Assembly: GCA_963726955.1 (NCBI GenBank)
Contig: CAVSEC010000016.1
Coordinates: 13,683-77,682 of the forward strand
Length of the DNA: 64,000 nt
From: an uncultured Gemmatimonadales bacterium
GTDB lineage: Bacteria; Gemmatimonadota; Gemmatimonadetes; Gemmatimonadales; GWC2-71-9
Direction: 5' to 3'
In this document: positions 1-12,048 of the stretch, piece by piece
How positions within the stretch are numbered: the stretch's first letter is position 1
Layout: each line of letters begins with the position of its first letter
The notes under the pieces: generated by a model
What the model was told of the DNA's origin: nothing
Seen by the model: only the letters and a program-made list of their open reading frames with translations
The model's database searches: none
Made by a program: the position numbers and the translations under genes

Positions 1-127
1 ATGCCGCCATCGTGCGGCCGCGACCCGACCGCGAGTTGCAGCTCTTCCACGGTCAGGTCGATGGTCTGCGGTCCGCCGGGACCGCGGCGGCGGATAGGTG
101 CGGTCGTCGAGCGCCGTCGCGCCCAGC

Positions 128-490
128 TCATCGGGCGGGTGCGGTCATCGCGCCGTAGGCGCTGTCCTGGGCGAGGCGCGGGGAGGCGGGGTCGAGCGTG
201 GGCCGGAAGCGGGGCGGGCGCTCGCGCAGCAGCCACATCGCGCCGGCACCACCGCCAATCCCGAGCGTGAGCCAGAGGAAGTCGCGGCGGGAGATGCCCA
301 ACGCCAGAAGTCGCGTCCGAAGGGATAGGCCACCGCGGCGAGCACGATGACGTAGACCACGATACCGCCGAGCATCGCAACCACCAGCGGGCCCCAGCGC
401 CGGGGCTGCTCCTTCCGGACGGCGGCGGAACAGCAGCCAGAGCCACCAGACCAGCAGCAGCGGGAGGAGCAGAAAGGTGGCGTTGTTCAT
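128..490 (-). CDS. small multi-pass membrane protein, reading frame broken in this assembly
   Basis: The ATG at 490 overlaps the TGA of the upstream gene (ATGA). Hydrophobic helices MNNATFLLLPLLLVWWLWLLF and LWLTLGIGGGAGAMWLL lie in one frame, and VVAMLGGIVVYVIVLAAVAYPF (ORF 145..384) lies in a second frame, implying two indels. No family recognised. Confidence 0.3.
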   Translation of the reverse strand: MNNATFLLLPLLLVWWLWLLFRRRPEGAAPALGPAGGCDARRYRGLRHRARRGGLSLRTRLLALGISRRDFLWLTLGIGGGAGAMWLLRERPPRFRPTLDPASPRLAQDSAYGAMTAPAR

Positions 491-2125
491 GAGCGAGAGG
501 TGCAATCCCGGCCCCGAGCGCCCCGGCGCCGCGAGGGCATCCGTCGCATCATCGGGGAGCCGGCCTCTGCCACGTCGAAGTGCAGGCCGTCGAAGACGTG
601 CATCGCGGGACGTACCGGCGCGGTGCGCGGATCGGGCATCGAGGGCTGCGGCGGCGGCACCGGCTGGCTCTTCCAGTCGGGGAAGGTGGCGGACTGGATG
701 AGCGTGCCGCGCACGAGGACCAGCGCCACGAAGGCGCAACACGTCGTAGTCGATCGGCAGCCGCAGACGACCGCAGCGCTGCAGGAGGACAATTCCCGAC
801 AGGGCGCGCTGCTGGTGCTGGTGTTGCCGCTGAAGCAGTTGCCGCCGCTCTTCGGGCCGGAGAGCGCGAGATCGGCGCGGCCCGAGCGCAGGATGGTGTT
901 GTCGCGGAGGATGTTGTCGCGGGCGGGGTAGAAGTTCTTGTCGAGCATCGGCGTGACGAGCACACCGTACTGGCTCTGGTCGATGATCACATTGCGTTCG
1001 ACCACATTGCGGAGACCACCCGCGATGAGAATCCCGTTTCCCGTCGTGATCCCGGGGAGCGCCCACGCCGGCGCATCCCTGGCGCCGTTGTCCGCCACGA
1101 GATTCGCTGCGATCGTCGTCTCCCGCTCCGGTGCCTGCAGCTCGATGTCGAGCGATGCCGGCACCACGCCGGACCGGTTGTGGCGGAAGGTGCTGCTCAC
1201 CACGTACATCTCACCACCGGAATTGGTGCCCGAGTATCCCAGGGCATTGCGCTCCGCGATGACTCGGCGGATCACGATGTGACAGGGGTAGCACTGGCCG
1301 ACGTAGAACCCCGAGTCGGGCGAGCCGGAGGCGTAGGAGTCCTCGAAGAGACCGTCGATAGGCCCCGAAGGCGTAGATGCCGTAGTCCCCGTTGTTGTAG
1401 GCGGTGAGCCAGGCGCCCCGGAAGCCGGTGAGGTTGCTCCAGTAGAAGCCGTTGAGGCGCGCGTTGCGGGCGGTCATGTTCTCGATCGCCACTGCGTCGG
1501 CGAGGACCTGGATGCCGTTGCCGCGCACGAACTCGCCGTCGATGATCACCGCGTTGCGGTCGGTCCCCCGGATCACCAGCGACGGCGTGGTGACGGTGAC
1601 TTCTTCCTTGTAGACGCCGGGTTCCACCAGGACCAGGTCGCCGGGATCGGCAGCGTCGACCGCGGCCTGAATGGTGGGATAGTCCTTCGGGACGTGGCGG
1701 GTGACTCCCGTCGCGAGGGCAACCGGCGGAATGATCCCCTTCGGGCTCGGGCTGTAGACCACGTCACCCACGACGACAACCCCCGCCATGCCCTTGCCGT
1801 CCCTGGTGCCGTGAAAGGTGCAGTAGTAATGGAAGACGCCGGGCTGATCGAAGACCAGCGTCTCTTCGCTGCCGGCCTTGATCTCAAGCGCGGTCTTCCA
1901 GGTGGAATCGGTGGCGACGGCGTTGTGAGGATTGGCGCCGACGTTCATGAAGATGACCCGGGCGCCGACAGGCACTCGGGTGACCGCCGCGGTGTACTGG
2001 TTGTCAATCATGCTGACGAAGGTCCCGGTGCGCGGTTCACCCGCGCAGGAGAGTCCGCCGACCAGTGAACCGAGGAGGAGGAGAACGGACGCGATCCGAG
2101 GTCCGTGCGGGATTCCGTACGTCAT
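487..2125 (-). CDS. secreted cupredoxin-domain / right-handed parallel beta-helix (NosD-like) protein, one frameshift near 1355
   Basis: ORF 1211..2125 gives a signal peptide (IASVLLLLGSLVGGLSCAG), a plastocyanin-like segment (NVGANPHNAV, FHYYCTFHG, GM) and beta-helix repeats. After YGIYAFGA the sequence continues in the frame of ORF 487..1275 (IDGLFEDSYASGSPDSGFYVGQCYPCHIV, NALGYSGTNSG, NRSG). Confidence 0.8.
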
Positions 2126-2264
2126 GAAAAGGCCGCCCCGAGGTGTGGAGGGAGGCGGCTAGGTTAGCCTCGACCGGAGGGGATGGCAAGCGGAACGGAG
2201 AAAGGGGAACGGGGATGTAGGGTGGGCCTCCGTGCCCGCCCGAGGGAAAGGGGGACGCAGGCGG

Positions 2265-3282
<1,018 letters not shown>

Positions 3283-3402
3283 GCACGCCCAGAGGAAGAG
3301 GTCGCCATGAAGATACCAGATTCCGGCGAGGATCGGACGGGAGGGCGGGACGGCGATCCCGTTCGTGCGCAATCAGACTCGGCCTCAATCCACGTTCAGC
3401 CC

Positions 3403-6111
3403 CTACTCCTCCCTGAGCGCTTCGTTGGGATTGACCCGGGTAGCCCGAAGCGCGGGAATCGCGCTCGCGACGAGCGCCACGGCGAGCAGGGCGCCGGCCA
3501 CCGCACCGAAGACCAGCGGATCCCTGGGCGACTGGGCAAAGAGGAGCGGTGCGATCCAGCGGCCCGCCCAAAGCGCCACCAATCCGCCGAGCGCCATGCC
3601 GACCAGCGCGACCCGGAGGCCGTCGCCCACCACCAGTCGGACCACGTCCCCGAGTCGTGCACCGAGCGCGATGCGGACGCCGAGTTCGTGGGTTCGCTGC
3701 GCCACATCGTAGCCGATCACGCTGTAGAGTCCAATCGCTGCGAGCAGCAGCGCGAGACCCCCCAGGGCAAGGAACATCGTGGCCCCGAGTCGCCAGGACT
3801 TGATCCCGGGGTCGACGATCTCGTGCATCGAGTTCACGGTGATGTAGGCGTCCCCGGGCATCAGCGGCTGCAGCTGGCGCCGCACGGCCTCCTTCTGCGC
3901 CTCGGCGTCGCCGCGCATCCGGGTAAAGACCACCGCCGCCTCGGGATGGAACTGCTCGATGGGCAGGTAGTAGTTGAGTCCCGAGTCGTCCGTGATCTGA
4001 TTCTGCTTGATGTCTTCCGCCACGCCGACCACCGTGATGCAGGGCAGTGTATCGCTCCTCATGCGCATGCACTGGCCCAGCGGCTCCCGTCCCGGCCAGA
4101 GTGCCCGGCCCATCGCCTCGCTCACAACCACCACCGGCGGGGCGCCTTTCCGGTCCTTCGCCGTGAATCCACGGCCGCGCAGAATCCGGGTGCCGACGGT
4201 GGCGAAGAATTCCGGCGACCCAGCCTGGATGGTGAAGCTGCCCAGCCGGTCCACCGAATCGATCCCCGCCACGAACAGGTTCTCCGTCCAGGTATCCCAG
4301 AATGGGACCGTCAGACCGAGGGCCGCCTGCACCACCCCAGGGGTGGCGCGCGCTTCCTCGAGCAGTCGGCGGCGAAGCGCGACCTGTTCCGGCTCCGAGA
4401 GCTTCGCGCCCCGCTCGTTGGGATAGACATAGAGCACGGGGTCGACGTCGTAGCCGAGCCGCAGGGCCTCGACGTTGAGCAGGCTCCGCACGAAGAGCCC
4501 GGCCCCCACGAGCAGGACCACCGAGAGGGCGGCCTGCAGGAGCAGCAGCGCGGTGCGGGTCCGGGAGCGGCGATAGCCGCCGTCGCGGGCGCCCGACTTG
4601 AGCGACTCGACCAGATCGGTGCGCCGGGCCTGGAGGATCGGCGCCATGCCGGTGAGGGTCCCGGCCAGTGCCGCGGCGAGCAGGGCGAATCCGAGAGTCC
4701 TCGCATCGGCGAGCGCACCGCCCGGCGCGCCCAGCGGGAGGAAGAGGGCCCGGAGCACCGCGCCGCCCCATTGCGCCAGCAGCAGGCCGGCGAGTCCGCC
4801 ACAGCCGGCCAGCAGGAGACTCTCGGTCAGCAGCTGCACGATCAGACGGCCGCGGCCGACGCCTAACGCGAGGCGCAGAGCGATCTCCCGGCGCCGGCGC
4901 ACCGAACGCGCGAGCATCAGGTTGGCCACATTGGCGCAGGCCACCAGCAGGACGACGACCGAGACACCGCTCACCCAGCCCGCCACCCGGGTCACGGTGC
5001 TCCGGTTCGGGCCCCGCTCGGCCTGGACCGGACCGGCGATCGCCGTGGGGTGCGCGGCCTCCGATGGCGTGTGCGCCGAGCTCAGACTGGACTCGTAGTT
5101 CCAGCTCTGCAGATAGGCGTGGCTCAGATCGGCGTTCGCCGCCGCGAGGCTGACACCCGGCTTTCGACGGGCCAGGATCTCCATCCACCCCCAGTTGTAC
5201 TTCGTGTAGTAGTTGGAGATGTTGGGCCCGGCGCGGAAGGTGCCGGCGTAGGCGGTGATGGGAATGAACACGGCGGGCGGCCCGTCCTCCGAGACGCCGA
5301 TGAAATTGCGGGGAGCCACACCGATGATCGTGTAGTCGACGGTACCGATGTGGACCGGTTGGCCCAGCACATCCGGCCGGCCGCCGTAGTTGGTCTGCCA
5401 GTAGCCGTAGCCGAGCACCGCGACCATCGCGCCGACCGGGACCGTGTCCTCGGCCGGAACAAAGAAGCGACCCAGCACCGGACGCGCATCGAAGAAGTCG
5501 AACAGAGTCGCCGAGACGGTGCCGACCTGCATCTCACGTGAGTCGGTGCCCACGCCGACCGGCAGCGATCGGGTGCTGAAGCCGGCGAAGTCGGAGAAGC
5601 CGCTGCTCCAGCGCCGCAGATCGAGATAACGGGTGTACTCGGTGGTGCGCTCGGTGGTCGGCCCGTTGCGGCTGGTCCTCTGCAGATAGACCCGGTGCAC
5701 CCGCTCCGGCTCCCGCAGGTAGGGCGGCGTGCGGAACATGCAGCCGGTCGACGATGCCGAACATCGCCGCGTTGACCCCGATGCCGAGCCCGAGGGTCAG
5801 GATCACGCCGACGGCTGAACCCCGGGTTCCGCCGGAGCGATCGCAGCGCGTAGCGCAGGTCCTGTCCCGCCTGCTCGACCCAGGTGACGCCCCGGCTGTC
5901 GCGACTCGCCTCCTTCACGACCTCCACACCGCCGAAGGCGATCCGTGCCCGGCGCAGCGCCTCGTCAGGCGGCACGCCATCGCGCACCAGCTTGTCCCGG
6001 CTCCCGCTGCAGGTGGAACTGCAGTTCGTCGTTCAGCTCGCGCTCGAGCGCCGAGCGCCGGAACAGCGCCCGCAGCCGGTAGCGGATCTCGCTGACGATC
6101 TCTGATAGCAT
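3403..6111 (-). CDS. ADOP-family MacB-like ABC transporter permease (duplicated FtsX domains), N-terminal part frameshifted
   Basis: The 778-aa ORF 3403..5739 has two FtsX-like 4-TM blocks. The N-terminus is spread over ORFs 5534..5806 (ILTLGLGIGVNAAMFGIVDRL), 5124..5987 (DLRYALRSLRRNPGFS) and 5965..6171 (MLSEIVSEIRYRLRALFRR). It sits directly downstream of a PadR gene, as is typical for this family. Confidence 0.85.
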
Positions 6112-6122
6112 GTATCGCTCGC

Positions 6123-6455
6123 TCAGCTCATGCCGAGCACGAGGTCCACCGCCACCGTCAGGCGGCGCCAATCCTCGGCCTCGGCCTTCAGCTGCTTCCC
6201 GCCCGGTGCGGGTGAGCTCGTAGAACTTGGCGCGACGATTGTTGTCGGAGGCGTCCCAGCGCGCCGAGATCCAGCCGCGGCGCTCCAGCCGGTGCAGCGC
6301 GGGGTAGAGCGAGCCCTGGGGGATCTGCAGGCTGCTGCGGGAGACCTGCTGCAGCCGCTCGGAGATGGCCCAGCCGTGCTGGGCCCGAGCGAGAGCGCCT
6401 TGAGGATCAGGAGATCGAGCGTGCCCTGCGGGAGCTCGAGTCGTTCATCGGCCAT
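6123..6455 (-). CDS. PadR-family transcriptional regulator (two compensating 1-nt indels in this assembly)
   Basis: MADERLELPQGTLDLLILKALSLGP, then the alternative frame reads QHGWAISERLQQVSRSSLQIPQGSLYPALHRLERRGWISARWDASDNNRRAKFYELTRTG. The frame then returns for KQLKAEAEDWRRL. The shifts coincide with a C-run near 6381 and a G-run near 6198. Confidence 0.85.
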   Translation of the reverse strand: MADERLELPQGTLDLLILKALSLGPSTAGPSPSGCSRSPAAACRSPRARSTPRCTGWSAAAGSRRAGTPPTTIVAPSSTSSPAPGGKQLKAEAEDWRRLTVAVDLVLGMS

Positions 6456-6470
6456 GGGGTTCCCCTTCGT

Positions 6471-6504
6471 CTTCTACAGGAGACTACGGTGTCTCCTGTA
6501 GAAG
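6471..6504. promoter_or_regulatory. perfect 14-bp inverted repeat (CTTCTACAGGAGAC-N6-GTCTCCTGTAGAAG), candidate PadR operator and/or transcript hairpin
   Basis: Read directly from the sequence. The arms at 6471..6484 and 6491..6504 are exact reverse complements. The repeat lies 16 nt upstream of the padR ATG (6455) and 22 nt downstream of the kinase stop (6526). No U-tract follows on the minus strand. Confidence 0.5.
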
Positions 6505-6525
6505 CGCAAGGGGAGTGGTGCGAAT

Positions 6526-9500
6526 CTACTTCGCTTCGCCGGCGAGCTTCGCCAGCCGCTCCTTCACCTCGCGCACGGCGGGCTGGAGCACGGGGTCGGC
6601 GTCCTTCCAGAGCTCGACGAAGCGGGTGTAATTCTCGATCGCCTTGGCCCTGTCGCCCTTGGCCTCGTAGATCTCGCCGAGGCGCTTGAGGCTCGGTGCC
6701 TGCACCCAGGGCGCGACCTGGCTCTTGAAGCCGGAGCCGACGGAATCGCCCGAGATCTGATACTCCACCAGTGCCGAGTCGGGGAGGTTGGCGCGGTCGA
6801 AGGCGAGGCCGGCCTCCCAATGCCCCCACTCGGCGCGCTGTCCCTTGCGGGCGATGTCCCGGAACTCGGCCAGCGCATCCTTTGGCCGCCCCTCGCCGAG
6901 GGCCAGCCAGCCGCGCCCCTGATACCAGGTCGCATCCCCGCGCCGCGCCCCCTCCGGCACCGCCGACTCCGCCTCAGTCAGCAGATGCCTGGCCTCGGCG
7001 GTTCTCCCAGCCATGGCATAGACGGTCGCGAGGGTTCCGTAGGGGCGGTCGAGTGGCGGGATCGATTTGAGCGGATACCTGGCGAGCGCGTCCTGCAGCA
7101 CCCGGAGTGCGGCGGCGGAATCCCCACTGAAGAAGAGCAACTGCCGCGCGCGATTGACTTCGAAGAAAAGCGCCTGGCCTGGCAACCCGCGCTGCACCTG
7201 GAGGGCAATACTCGCCTCCCGTTCGCGTTCCGCCTCGGTCAGGCGCCCGTGCTGCAGCGCGAGCAGGGTCAATCCGATGCGCATGAAACTCTGGTAATCG
7301 GACGAGTGTACCTGGAGCCCCATCTCGAGCAGCGCCCGCCTGGCGCTGTCGACGGGGCCGGTCGCCTGCAGGACCATCGTCCTGCCTCGCAGATAGATCG
7401 GTGAGCCCGGCGCGGTCTTCCCGTAGTTGGCGATTGTCTGCCGCGCGGCGTCGAACTTCCCCTGGGCGAGCTGGGCGTTCAGCAGCTGCATCACGGTATT
7501 GCCGAGACTGCCGGGACTGTTGACGGCCACGACCGCAAGCGATTCCGACTCGGCGAACCGCCCCGACAATCCCAGCGTCAACGCGAGGTTGTTGAGGGCG
7601 ATATCGTTAAGCGGGTCGACCGCGAGGATCCGGCGGTAGGCCGCCTCCTCCAGCTCTGGCCGGGAATCCACCCGGTCGTAGTAGTAGGCGGTGGTCAGCT
7701 CGCGCTCGAGTTCCGGGAGCCGGTCGCGGTGCTGATAGGCACGCGTCGTCGCGGCGGCCTGCTCCTCGAGGCTGGCGCCGACATTGCCGAGCGCGACGGC
7801 GAGCTTGCGCCAGGCCATCGCGAAGCTGCTGTCGAGGGCGATGGCCTGCTGGAGAATCGGAATTGCCTTGCTGGCCTCGCCCTGATCGCTCAGGTGATTG
7901 GCTTCGCTGTAGAGACGGAGCGCCTCGAGCGAACTGGTCGTCACCTTCTCGAGCGGCTGGCCGCCGCGAATCGTACGAAGCGACTCGCCGATCCGCTCCC
8001 GGACCTTGCCGGAGAGCCGGTCGATGGCGGCGACGATGCCTGCGTCGTCGGGCGCCGTCTCCCGGATCGCGATCAGCTCGCTCCCGTCCTGGGCGCTGAT
8101 GATCTTCGCGACCAGCACGTAGCTCCGCCCCACCGCGCTGATCTCTCCGGCGACGACGGCCTTGGCGCCTTCACGCTGGGCGAGGTCGCGGGCGAGTGCC
8201 GGGGTGAGCGGCGCATTGGCCGGCTGCTGCATCCGTCCGAGCGCGTCAGTCACGGCCGAGGTGGAGAGGATGCGGATCGTCGGCGACTGACTCAGGTCGA
8301 TCCGGAACGCCTCGGTGACCGAGGCTGCGAGAGTCGAGTCCCGGGTGCGATTGTCGAAGTCGGCGACGATCAGCTGGTCCTTCTCGCTCAGCTTGCCCGA
8401 TGCCATCAGGGTTCCGACCGGCCCGATGCCCAGCAGACGCATCGCGGTGTAGACGATGGCGCTCACTGCCAGCGCGCCGAAGGCGAGGTAGCCACTCCGC
8501 AGCGACCGCTTCCAGGTGAGGTGCCGCTGCATCCCGGTCTCGCCACTCGCCGAATACATCCCGGTGGCGCGGGCCTTCTCCCGGCGCCGCTCCACCAGGC
8601 CAGTCACGATCATGATTGGCAGCCCGGCACCCACCAGCGCCGCGGCGGCCCACGGCACCCAGTCAGGCATGCCGAGCTGGATCGTGAGGAAGTAGACCGC
8701 ACCGAGCAGCGCGATCGCGGCCACCAGGAAGGTCCCCGCCATGCGTCCGGGGTGACGGTACCAGGCGTCCTCGATCCGAACCGCCCGGGTCGGCTGGGTC
8801 TGCGTCGGCGTCATGCCGCCGCTCGGCGTGCCCAGCGATTCGAGGCGCTCGACCAGTTCATCCGCGCTCTGCCACCGGTCGGCGGGGCGCTTGGCGAGGC
8901 AGCGCATCACCGTCTCCGCGAGCGCCGGCGGACAGGTCGTCCGATGCTCGCTCACCGGTCGGGGCGCCTCGGTGACGTGCGCGGCGAGCACCTGCTGCGG
9001 GGTCATCCCGACGAAGGGCGGCCGGCCGGTGAGCAGCTCGTACGCCCATCACGCCGACGGCGTAGATGTCGGCGCGGTGGTCGACATTGCGGGTCGGCGG
9101 CGGCCTGCTCCGGCGCCATGTACGTCGGGGTGCCGAGCGCGACGCCGACGGTGGTCAGGCTGTTGCGGCCGGTCGCTTCGCTCACCGCCTTGGCGACGCC
9201 GAAGTCCGTCACCAGGGCGTGGCGGCCGGAGAGCATCACGTTGTCCGGCTTGATGTCGCGGTGGACGACGCCGTGGCTGTGGGCGTAGGACGAGCGCGTC
9301 GGCCACGTCGCGGAGCAGCCGGATCGCCTCGGCGACCGGCAGCTCGCCCTTCGCGGCTGAGCCGCTCGCGCAGCGACTCGCCGTCGATGTACGGCATGAC
9401 GTAGTAGAGGAAGCCGTCGGCCTCCCCCGAATCGAGCAGCGGCAGGATGTGCGGGTGCTGCAGCTGGGCGGCGATCTCGATTTCGCGGAGGAAGCGGGTC

Positions 9501-9626
9501 GGGGCCGAGCGTCGCGGCCAGCTCGGGGCGCAGCACCTTGACCGCCACCTTGCGGTGATGCTTGAGGTCCTCGGCGAGGTAGACGGTGGCCATGCCGCCG
9601 GCGCCGAGTTCGCGCTCGAAGGGCAT
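6526..9626 (-). CDS. Ser/Thr protein kinase with transmembrane segments and a C-terminal TPR-repeat domain; kinase domain frameshifted several times
   Basis: [51 protein letters not shown] and [10 protein letters not shown] are in ORF 9003..9728 and alternative frames. The 826-aa ORF 6526..9006 supplies the kinase C-lobe, two TM helices and the TPR-like repeats. Confidence 0.85.
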
Positions 9627-9722
9627 ACCGGTCAGCGAGTGCGGCCGTGAGTCGGTCGGACGGGTTGGACAGGGACAGCCCCGGCGTGGGAGGGAATGCT
9701 GGCTGGATAATACGGCGCGGTG

Positions 9723-9742
9723 GGGCACCGAGCTAGGTGCCC
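9723..9742 (-). terminator. 7-bp stem hairpin (GGGCACC-GAGCTA-GGTGCCC) downstream of the propeller gene
   Basis: Perfect inverted repeat read from the sequence, 26 nt after the stop at 9769. It is followed on the minus strand by ...CGTATTATCC rather than a clean U-tract. Confidence 0.3.
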
Positions 9743-9768
9743 GCTTCGCCGCGTCACCCTCCTGACGG

Positions 9769-10980
9769 TCAGCTCTTGGTGGGACTCTTCACGATGCGGT
9801 AGCGCCTGACCACCGGGAGTCCCTCGCCGGTCTGCTCGATGGCGTAGAGCACATCCTTCCCCCAGGCGAGATATCCCAGGTAGGACTTGAGTGGTGTCGG
9901 CGCCCGCACCGGCCCCAAGTAGCTGCCGGTCGCATCGAAGACATCGAAGCTGGTATGCAGGGTATCGTCGCCCGGGTCGGTGAAGACCCAGACATTGCCG
10001 TCCGAGTCCTCGCGCAGGGCCGTGAAGGCCGGTGCAGTGCTCGGCACATCACCGAGGTGGAAGGTCTTCACCACGTCGGAGGAATCCACGCCCCCCATGT
10101 TCCGGCCGTTCTTGGAGAGGAAGCTGACGTAGTAGTCGACGGCGGCCTTCCGCCGCGCGTCGGAGACCGGCCCCGGGGTCCAGCTCCGGCCGAAAAGCAG
10201 CGTCGTATCCCGGCCGTTGCGGGTCCGGATGATCTCGTACTTCCCACCCCACCCGTACAGCAATCCCCCATGCATGCTCGGAGCGACGCTGCCCATGGGC
10301 GTGAACGGGATGGTGCCGCTCCACCCGCCGGCGCCGGTCTTGAGCTTCCACTGAGGGGACTGGGGACCATGCGGTGCGGAGACCGTATCGGGCGTGCCGC
10401 CGTAGGAAGCGAACCGCAGCCACCAGTCGCGGCCCTCATCGAGGCCGGCGGCCGGCACGCGGACCAGGATCCGCCCGGTGGAGTCGACCGCGGGCGGACT
10501 CGGCGCGCAGCAGGAGATCGTCCAGCTCCGCAAGTACTTCCCCGACGAGTCGAAGACCGAGAGGCGCGACGCTCGCAGGTCTTCGAGGACGAGCTGATCG
10601 CCAAGTGTCGCGATGTCCGCGCCGCGGTACTCGCCCGGCCCCGCGCCCTCGCGGCCGATGACGCGCAGAAACCTGCCGTCCGGCGCGAAGAGCTTGACGA
10701 GGCCATCGCTGACATAGATCCGGCCGGCGCTGTCGACGGCGAGTCCGGAGGGGTCCGACAGCTCGGCCACGGAATCACCTGCGCCGGTGATCGTGAGGTC
10801 TTCGATCAGGCGCCAACCGCTCGTGTCCGTGGTCCAGGCGGTGGGGCCGGCGTTGCGGACCCGCACGATGCCGCCCGGCAGCGTGTCGATGCTGGGCGTG
10901 GTGAGGGCGAGCCGCGTGCGCCCGTCGCCACAGGCGGCGGTGAAGAGGACGACGACGGCGAGTGCGGAGCGGTGGGTCAT
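9769..10980 (-). CDS. 6-bladed beta-propeller (NHL-like) lipoprotein
   Basis: Lipobox [12 protein letters not shown] after MTHRS. Repeated strand motifs follow ([56 protein letters not shown]). The start at 10980 was chosen over the upstream ATG at 11025. Confidence 0.7.
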   Translation of the reverse strand: MTHRSALAVVVLFTAACGDGRTRLALTTPSIDTLPGGIVRVRNAGPTAWTTDTSGWRLIEDLTITGAGDSVAELSDPSGLAVDSAGRIYVSDGLVKLFAPDGRFLRVIGREGAGPGEYRGADIATLGDQLVLEDLRASRLSVFDSSGKYLRSWTISCCAPSPPAVDSTGRILVRVPAAGLDEGRDWWLRFASYGGTPDTVSAPHGPQSPQWKLKTGAGGWSGTIPFTPMGSVAPSMHGGLLYGWGGKYEIIRTRNGRDTTLLFGRSWTPGPVSDARRKAAVDYYVSFLSKNGRNMGGVDSSDVVKTFHLGDVPSTAPAFTALREDSDGNVWVFTDPGDDTLHTSFDVFDATGSYLGPVRAPTPLKSYLGYLAWGKDVLYAIEQTGEGLPVVRRYRIVKSPTKS

Positions 10981-11040
10981 GATGATGCTCTTGGCGGAGT
11001 GATGCATCGGCGGGACGTGGGCCAATGGGAGAGGGACGCA

Positions 11041-11069
11041 GGCCGGGGCGACCCGCTCTCACCCCGGCC
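11041..11069 (-). terminator. 8-bp GC stem hairpin (GGCCGGGG-N13-CCCCGGCC) between the ParB-like and propeller genes
   Basis: Perfect inverted repeat beginning 8 nt after the ParB-like stop (11077). There is no clear U-tract. Confidence 0.35.
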
Positions 11070-11076
11070 CCGGTGT

Positions 11077-12048
11077 CTACTCCGCCCCCTCGGGCGCTCC
11101 CCCCGCACGCGCCACCTGGTCGGGACGGATCTTCCCCGCATCGAACTTCTTCACGGCGCTGAGCATCTTGCCGATCGTCTCGTCGAAGTCGGCCTTCTGG
11201 CCCCGTTTGAGCGTGAATCGCAACGGGTTGATCCGCGCCAGCACGAACGCCTTGAGATACGGACTCTCGAAGCCGCGCGCCTTGAGCCCCGCCACCGCCT
11301 CCTGCACCCCCGCGTCCAGCTCCATCAGCCTCTCGGCCCGTTCGCGCCGGGTGGCGAGCGCGGTCGAGAGCTTTGAGCCCATGAACGCCTCGCAGCGCTT
11401 GAGCACCGGATGATAGGCCCCGCCGGAGAACCGGCCGTTCTGCTGGTAGCAGCATCCCAGCGTCAGCAGCGATGGCTCCTCGAATTCGGTCTCGTAGCTC
11501 TTCTCCGCCCGGTCGTCGAGCTGGACCAGCGCGTCGGCGAGCCGGATCACCTCGAGCGCCCGCTCGCGGACGTTGTGCGCCTTTTCGCAGTTGAGGACCA
11601 GGATCCGGTGTGCCACCTCGGGCTCCGGCACGACCAGGGCCACCACCGTCCGGGCGCCGAGTGCCCGCAACGCCGCCAGCCGGTGATTCCCGTTCGGCGT
11701 CCAGTACTGTCCTTCCCCGCTCCGCACCGCGATGACCGGATCCATGAAGCGCCCCAGCCGGGTCATGGCATCGGCGAGACGAGCGACGTGCGGCTCGGAG
11801 AGATCCCGCTGATAGGGTGTCGGCGCCACCTTCTCCAGCGGGAGCCCCGCAAGGAGCTGCCACTGCGAGCCGAGCGGCTCCCGATAGGCGCCGATGACCA
11901 CGCCGCCGTCTTCAACGATCTGCTCGCCGAGCCGTTCCAGCAGCGCCGGCAACTGGGTGGAGGTGAGCTGCTTCGGCGTCAGCCCCCGCGGCTCGGGGGC
12001 GGCCTTGGCGCGCTTGCGGACAGCCTTCTTCTTCGGGGCGTCGGGCAT
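11077..12048 (-). CDS. ParB/Srx-fold N-terminal domain protein with an uncharacterised C-terminal domain
   Basis: Lys-rich N-terminus, then YQRDLSEPHVARLADAM...PVIAV...WTPNGNHRLAALRALG, which resembles the ParB N-terminal (sulfiredoxin-like) motif. No ParA gene is adjacent. Confidence 0.65.
   Translation of the reverse strand: MPDAPKKKAVRKRAKAAPEPRGLTPKQLTSTQLPALLERLGEQIVEDGGVVIGAYREPLGSQWQLLAGLPLEKVAPTPYQRDLSEPHVARLADAMTRLGRFMDPVIAVRSGEGQYWTPNGNHRLAALRALGARTVVALVVPEPEVAHRILVLNCEKAHNVRERALEVIRLADALVQLDDRAEKSYETEFEEPSLLTLGCCYQQNGRFSGGAYHPVLKRCEAFMGSKLSTALATRRERAERLMELDAGVQEAVAGLKARGFESPYLKAFVLARINPLRFTLKRGQKADFDETIGKMLSAVKKFDAGKIRPDQVARAGGAPEGAE

Noticed and set aside
1-131. Possible start of another minus-strand gene (MSWARRRSTTAPIRRRGPGGPQTIDLTVEELQLAVG...) with an ATGA overlap at 128..131, running off the window
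   Set aside because: Only 43 codons are visible, they are Arg-rich and no motif is recognisable. It cannot be supported from this window alone.
2206-2215. The 10-mer GGAACGGGGA (TCCCCGTTCC on the gene strand, followed by a T-rich tract) shared by the upstream regions of the cupredoxin/beta-helix gene and the cytochrome c gene (33700..33709)
   Set aside because: There are only two occurrences, at very different distances from the start codons (about 81 and 23 nt), in G-rich DNA where such matches are not rare. This is insufficient to call a regulatory motif without genome-wide enrichment.
7729-9288. 519-aa plus-strand ORF antisense to the TPR kinase gene
   Set aside because: It has the same low-complexity Arg/Gly/Asp-rich composition and no domain signature. 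The opposite strand encodes a coherent kinase/TPR protein.
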